Source of the DNA: Anaeromyxobacteraceae bacterium
Lineage (GTDB): Bacteria > Myxococcota > Myxococcia > Myxococcales > Anaeromyxobacteraceae
Reading direction: 5' to 3'
DNA length: 64,000 nucleotides
Assembly (NCBI GenBank): GCA_047602405.1
Contig: JASGHJ010000002.1
Location: 800,001 to 864,000, forward strand
Shown here: piece after piece, positions 61,732 through 64,000 of the stretch
Layout of the letters: each line of letters begins with the position of its first letter
Numbering within the stretch: the stretch's first letter is position 1
Notes under the pieces: generated by a model
Databases searched by the model: none
What the model was told of the DNA's origin: nothing
What the model saw: only the letters and a program-made list of their open reading frames with translations
Made by a program: the position numbers and the translations under genes

Positions 61732-63501
61732 ATGTCCACCCATCGTGACGAGTGGCTCGCGACCGCGGGCCACGACCTCCCGCTCGACGCCGCCACGCTG
61801 TTCCCCGAGGGGGACGGCTTCCTGGAGCGCCGCCGCGCCGCGCGCCGCGCGGGCCAGGTCGCGAAGCTGCGGCCGGTGCTCTCGAGGCTCGAGCCGGGCG
61901 AGGTGGTGCGGTACGTGGCGCTCGGCGCGTACCACAAGCTCGCGGAGGCCTACTTCACGGGCTACTGGGTCTCGTACCAGACCAACCTGACCGCGCTCGT
62001 CCTCACCGATCGGCGCCTGCTCCTCGTCCACTGCAGGTCGAGCGGCGCGCCGCGCGACGTGAAGAACCAGGTCCGGCTCGACCAGCTCCGCGAGGTGAAG
62101 CCTCGCGGGCTCTTCAGCGGCGCGACGCTCCTGCTCGCCGACGGGGCGAAGCTCTTCTACCAGGGGCTCCCGAAGGCGGACGCGCAGCGCCTCGCGGCGC
62201 TGGTCGCCGCCGCGCGCGGCGCCTCGCCCGGCCCGGCGGTCGCGCCGCCGGGGGCCCCGGCGTCGCTCGAGCACCTGTGCCCGTCCTGCCTCGCGCAGGT
62301 GCCCGGCCCGGCCGCGAGCGCGCGCGCCTGCCCCCGGCCGGAGTGCCGCATCCCGTTCCGCGACGCCCGGCGCGCCGCGCGGCTCTCCGCGGTCGTCCCC
62401 GGCATGGGCGACCTGTACCTCCGCCACCACCTCTTCGGCGCGTGGGAGTTCGTGGTCTCGATCGCCCTCCTGTGCTTCGCGGTGTTCCTGATCGCGGACG
62501 CCGCCACGGGCCAGGCGACCGTGATCGCGGGGGTGGTGGGCCTGCTCTTCGTCGTGCTGCCGCGGGTCATCGACTACTTCCTCACCCTGCACATGGGGAA
62601 GAAGGGCTACATCGCGCTCGCCGACCGGCCCGCGCCGGGCGGCGACGTGCGCAACCTGCCCGCGTTCCCGCGCTGGGCCATGGCGCTCTTCGCCGTGGGC
62701 GCCATCGCGGTCCTCGGGACGGCGGCCGGCGCGATCGGGCACGCGGGGGAGCGGCGGGTGGTCCGGCGGGCGATGGAGGCGGCCACGGCGGCGCGCTTCG
62801 ACGAGGCGCTCACCGCCTGGGGGGAGGCCGAGGCGAAGCAGGTGGCGGACAAGGAGGACCTCGCGGACCTCGTGCTCGCGCTGCTCCGCGCGGGCGACGT
62901 GCTCGACGCCGAGCGGCTCATGGCCGGGCTGGCCGGCGTGCAGATCGAGGACGCGAAGGCGAAGGAGATCGACGCCTCCTACGAGCGCTACTCGCAGGCC
63001 TTCGGGCGGTACGAGCGCGGCATCCGCGCGCTCGGCGAGCGCGACGACGAGGCCGCCTGGAAGGAGCTCGACCCGGCGTTCCCCGTGCTGCGGACGGTGA
63101 AGCGCCCGGCGGTGCCCGCGACGCGGGCCGAGGCGGCGCTGGAGCTCGCCGAGGGCGTGCTCGCCGGACCGGAGCAGCCCACCTCCGAGCACGTCGCCGC
63201 GGTGACGCACCTCGTGGAGCTCGGGAAGGGCGGCGGCGCCCGCCTCGCGCTCGTCGAGGCCCGCGTCGCCGCGGCGTCCGGCGAGGGCGACGCGGCCCGC
63301 GCGAAGCTCGCCGTCCGCGGCGCGCGCCTCGGTGGCCCGAACTGGAGCCTGCTCGAGCTCGAGACCCGGCTCGCCATCGCGAAGGACGCCACGGAGGCCG
63401 CCGCGGTCGCCGCCGAGGCGAAGGCCCTCGGCGAGCTCGAGGAGGGGCTCGCGGCGCGCCGGGACGCGGTGGTCGAGGGCGCGGCGGGGTTCGGGAAGTA
63501 G
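61732..63501 (+). CDS. Membrane protein with PH-like N-terminus, Zn-ribbon and helical C-terminus
   Basis: GGAGG RBS, LVLTDRRLLLV, CPSC...CPRPEC, TM segments. Confidence 0.75.
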   Translation: MSTHRDEWLATAGHDLPLDAATLFPEGDGFLERRRAARRAGQVAKLRPVLSRLEPGEVVRYVALGAYHKLAEAYFTGYWVSYQTNLTALVLTDRRLLLVHCRSSGAPRDVKNQVRLDQLREVKPRGLFSGATLLLADGAKLFYQGLPKADAQRLAALVAAARGASPGPAVAPPGAPASLEHLCPSCLAQVPGPAASARACPRPECRIPFRDARRAARLSAVVPGMGDLYLRHHLFGAWEFVVSIALLCFAVFLIADAATGQATVIAGVVGLLFVVLPRVIDYFLTLHMGKKGYIALADRPAPGGDVRNLPAFPRWAMALFAVGAIAVLGTAAGAIGHAGERRVVRRAMEAATAARFDEALTAWGEAEAKQVADKEDLADLVLALLRAGDVLDAERLMAGLAGVQIEDAKAKEIDASYERYSQAFGRYERGIRALGERDDEAAWKELDPAFPVLRTVKRPAVPATRAEAALELAEGVLAGPEQPTSEHVAAVTHLVELGKGGGARLALVEARVAAASGEGDAARAKLAVRGARLGGPNWSLLELETRLAIAKDATEAAAVAAEAKALGELEEGLAARRDAVVEGAAGFGK

Positions 63502-63502
63502 C

Positions 63503-64000
63503 CTACGCGAACCGCACGCCGCGGCGCATGGCGCGGAGGCGGCGGACGCGCTCCTCGATGGGCGGGTGCGTCGAGAACAGGCGCAGGAAGCTCGCGCCGC
63601 CGCCACCGCCGCGCAGCGGGCTCACGATGAAGAAGTGCGCGGTCGCCGGGCCGGCGTGGTCGTACGGGATCACCTCGTTGCCGCGCTCGAGCGTCTCGAG
63701 CGCGTCGGCGAGCGCGTCGGGGTCGCCGCACAGCTCGGCGCCGGAGGCGTCCGCGCCGTACTCGCGCGAGCGGGAGACGGCGAGCTGGATGATCATCGCG
63801 ACGAGCGGGGCGAGGAGCGCCCAGGCGATCGCGGCGATGGGGTGGCCGCGGTCGTCGTCGGAGGAGCGGCCGAAGCCGAGGATCGCGCCCCACTGGATTG
63901 CGTGGCCGAGCGCGGAGACGAGGCCGGCCACCGCGGCGGCGACGGTCGCGATGAGGATGTCCCGGTTGCGGACGTGGGCGAGCTCGTGGGCGAGCACGCC
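63503..64000 (-). CDS. htpX: Zinc metalloprotease HtpX (partial, runs off window)
   Basis: HELAHVRNRD, SRSREYGAD, LFSTHPP. Confidence 0.93.
   Translation of the reverse strand, partial: GVLAHELAHVRNRDILIATVAAAVAGLVSALGHAIQWGAILGFGRSSDDDRGHPIAAIAWALLAPLVAMIIQLAVSRSREYGADASGAELCGDPDALADALETLERGNEVIPYDHAGPATAHFFIVSPLRGGGGGASFLRLFSTHPPIEERVRRLRAMRRGVRFA

Overview
Very GC-rich bacterial chromosome segment, most likely an Anaeromyxobacter-like member of Myxococcota. Evidence: tmRNA tag ANEPMALAA, and a carD-carG operon whose CarD has a histone-H1-like tail. Left to right: a long TnpB-family element abutting a PAS hybrid histidine kinase; a decaying accessory region (small enzymes, two truncated genes, a cytochrome c-PQQ dehydrogenase, an IS3 remnant); ssrA (tmRNA); a secreted gp5-like beta-helix protein; two TRL lipoproteins; an HNH endonuclease; ppk1; an MCP; a LytS/LytTR pair; an M1 peptidase; a complete hoxEFUYH-hoxW bidirectional NiFe hydrogenase preceded by a split-Soret-type cytochrome; carD/carG; a DpnA-like methyltransferase; queG, ygfZ, bcp and msrB; an ECF sigma plus Ser/Thr kinase; an RPH-like phosphotransferase; and htpX. 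The most unusual structure lies just downstream of the tmRNA terminator. It is an array of single-gene, foreign-looking cassettes, each preceded by the same 27-bp site (CAC-N5-GTG core plus Shine-Dalgarno). The organisation is integron-like, but there are no canonical attC sites and no integrase is visible in the window. About nine frameshifts in otherwise intact genes look like long-read errors, and five of them fall at GATC. All product calls come from motif recognition by eye, not database searches.
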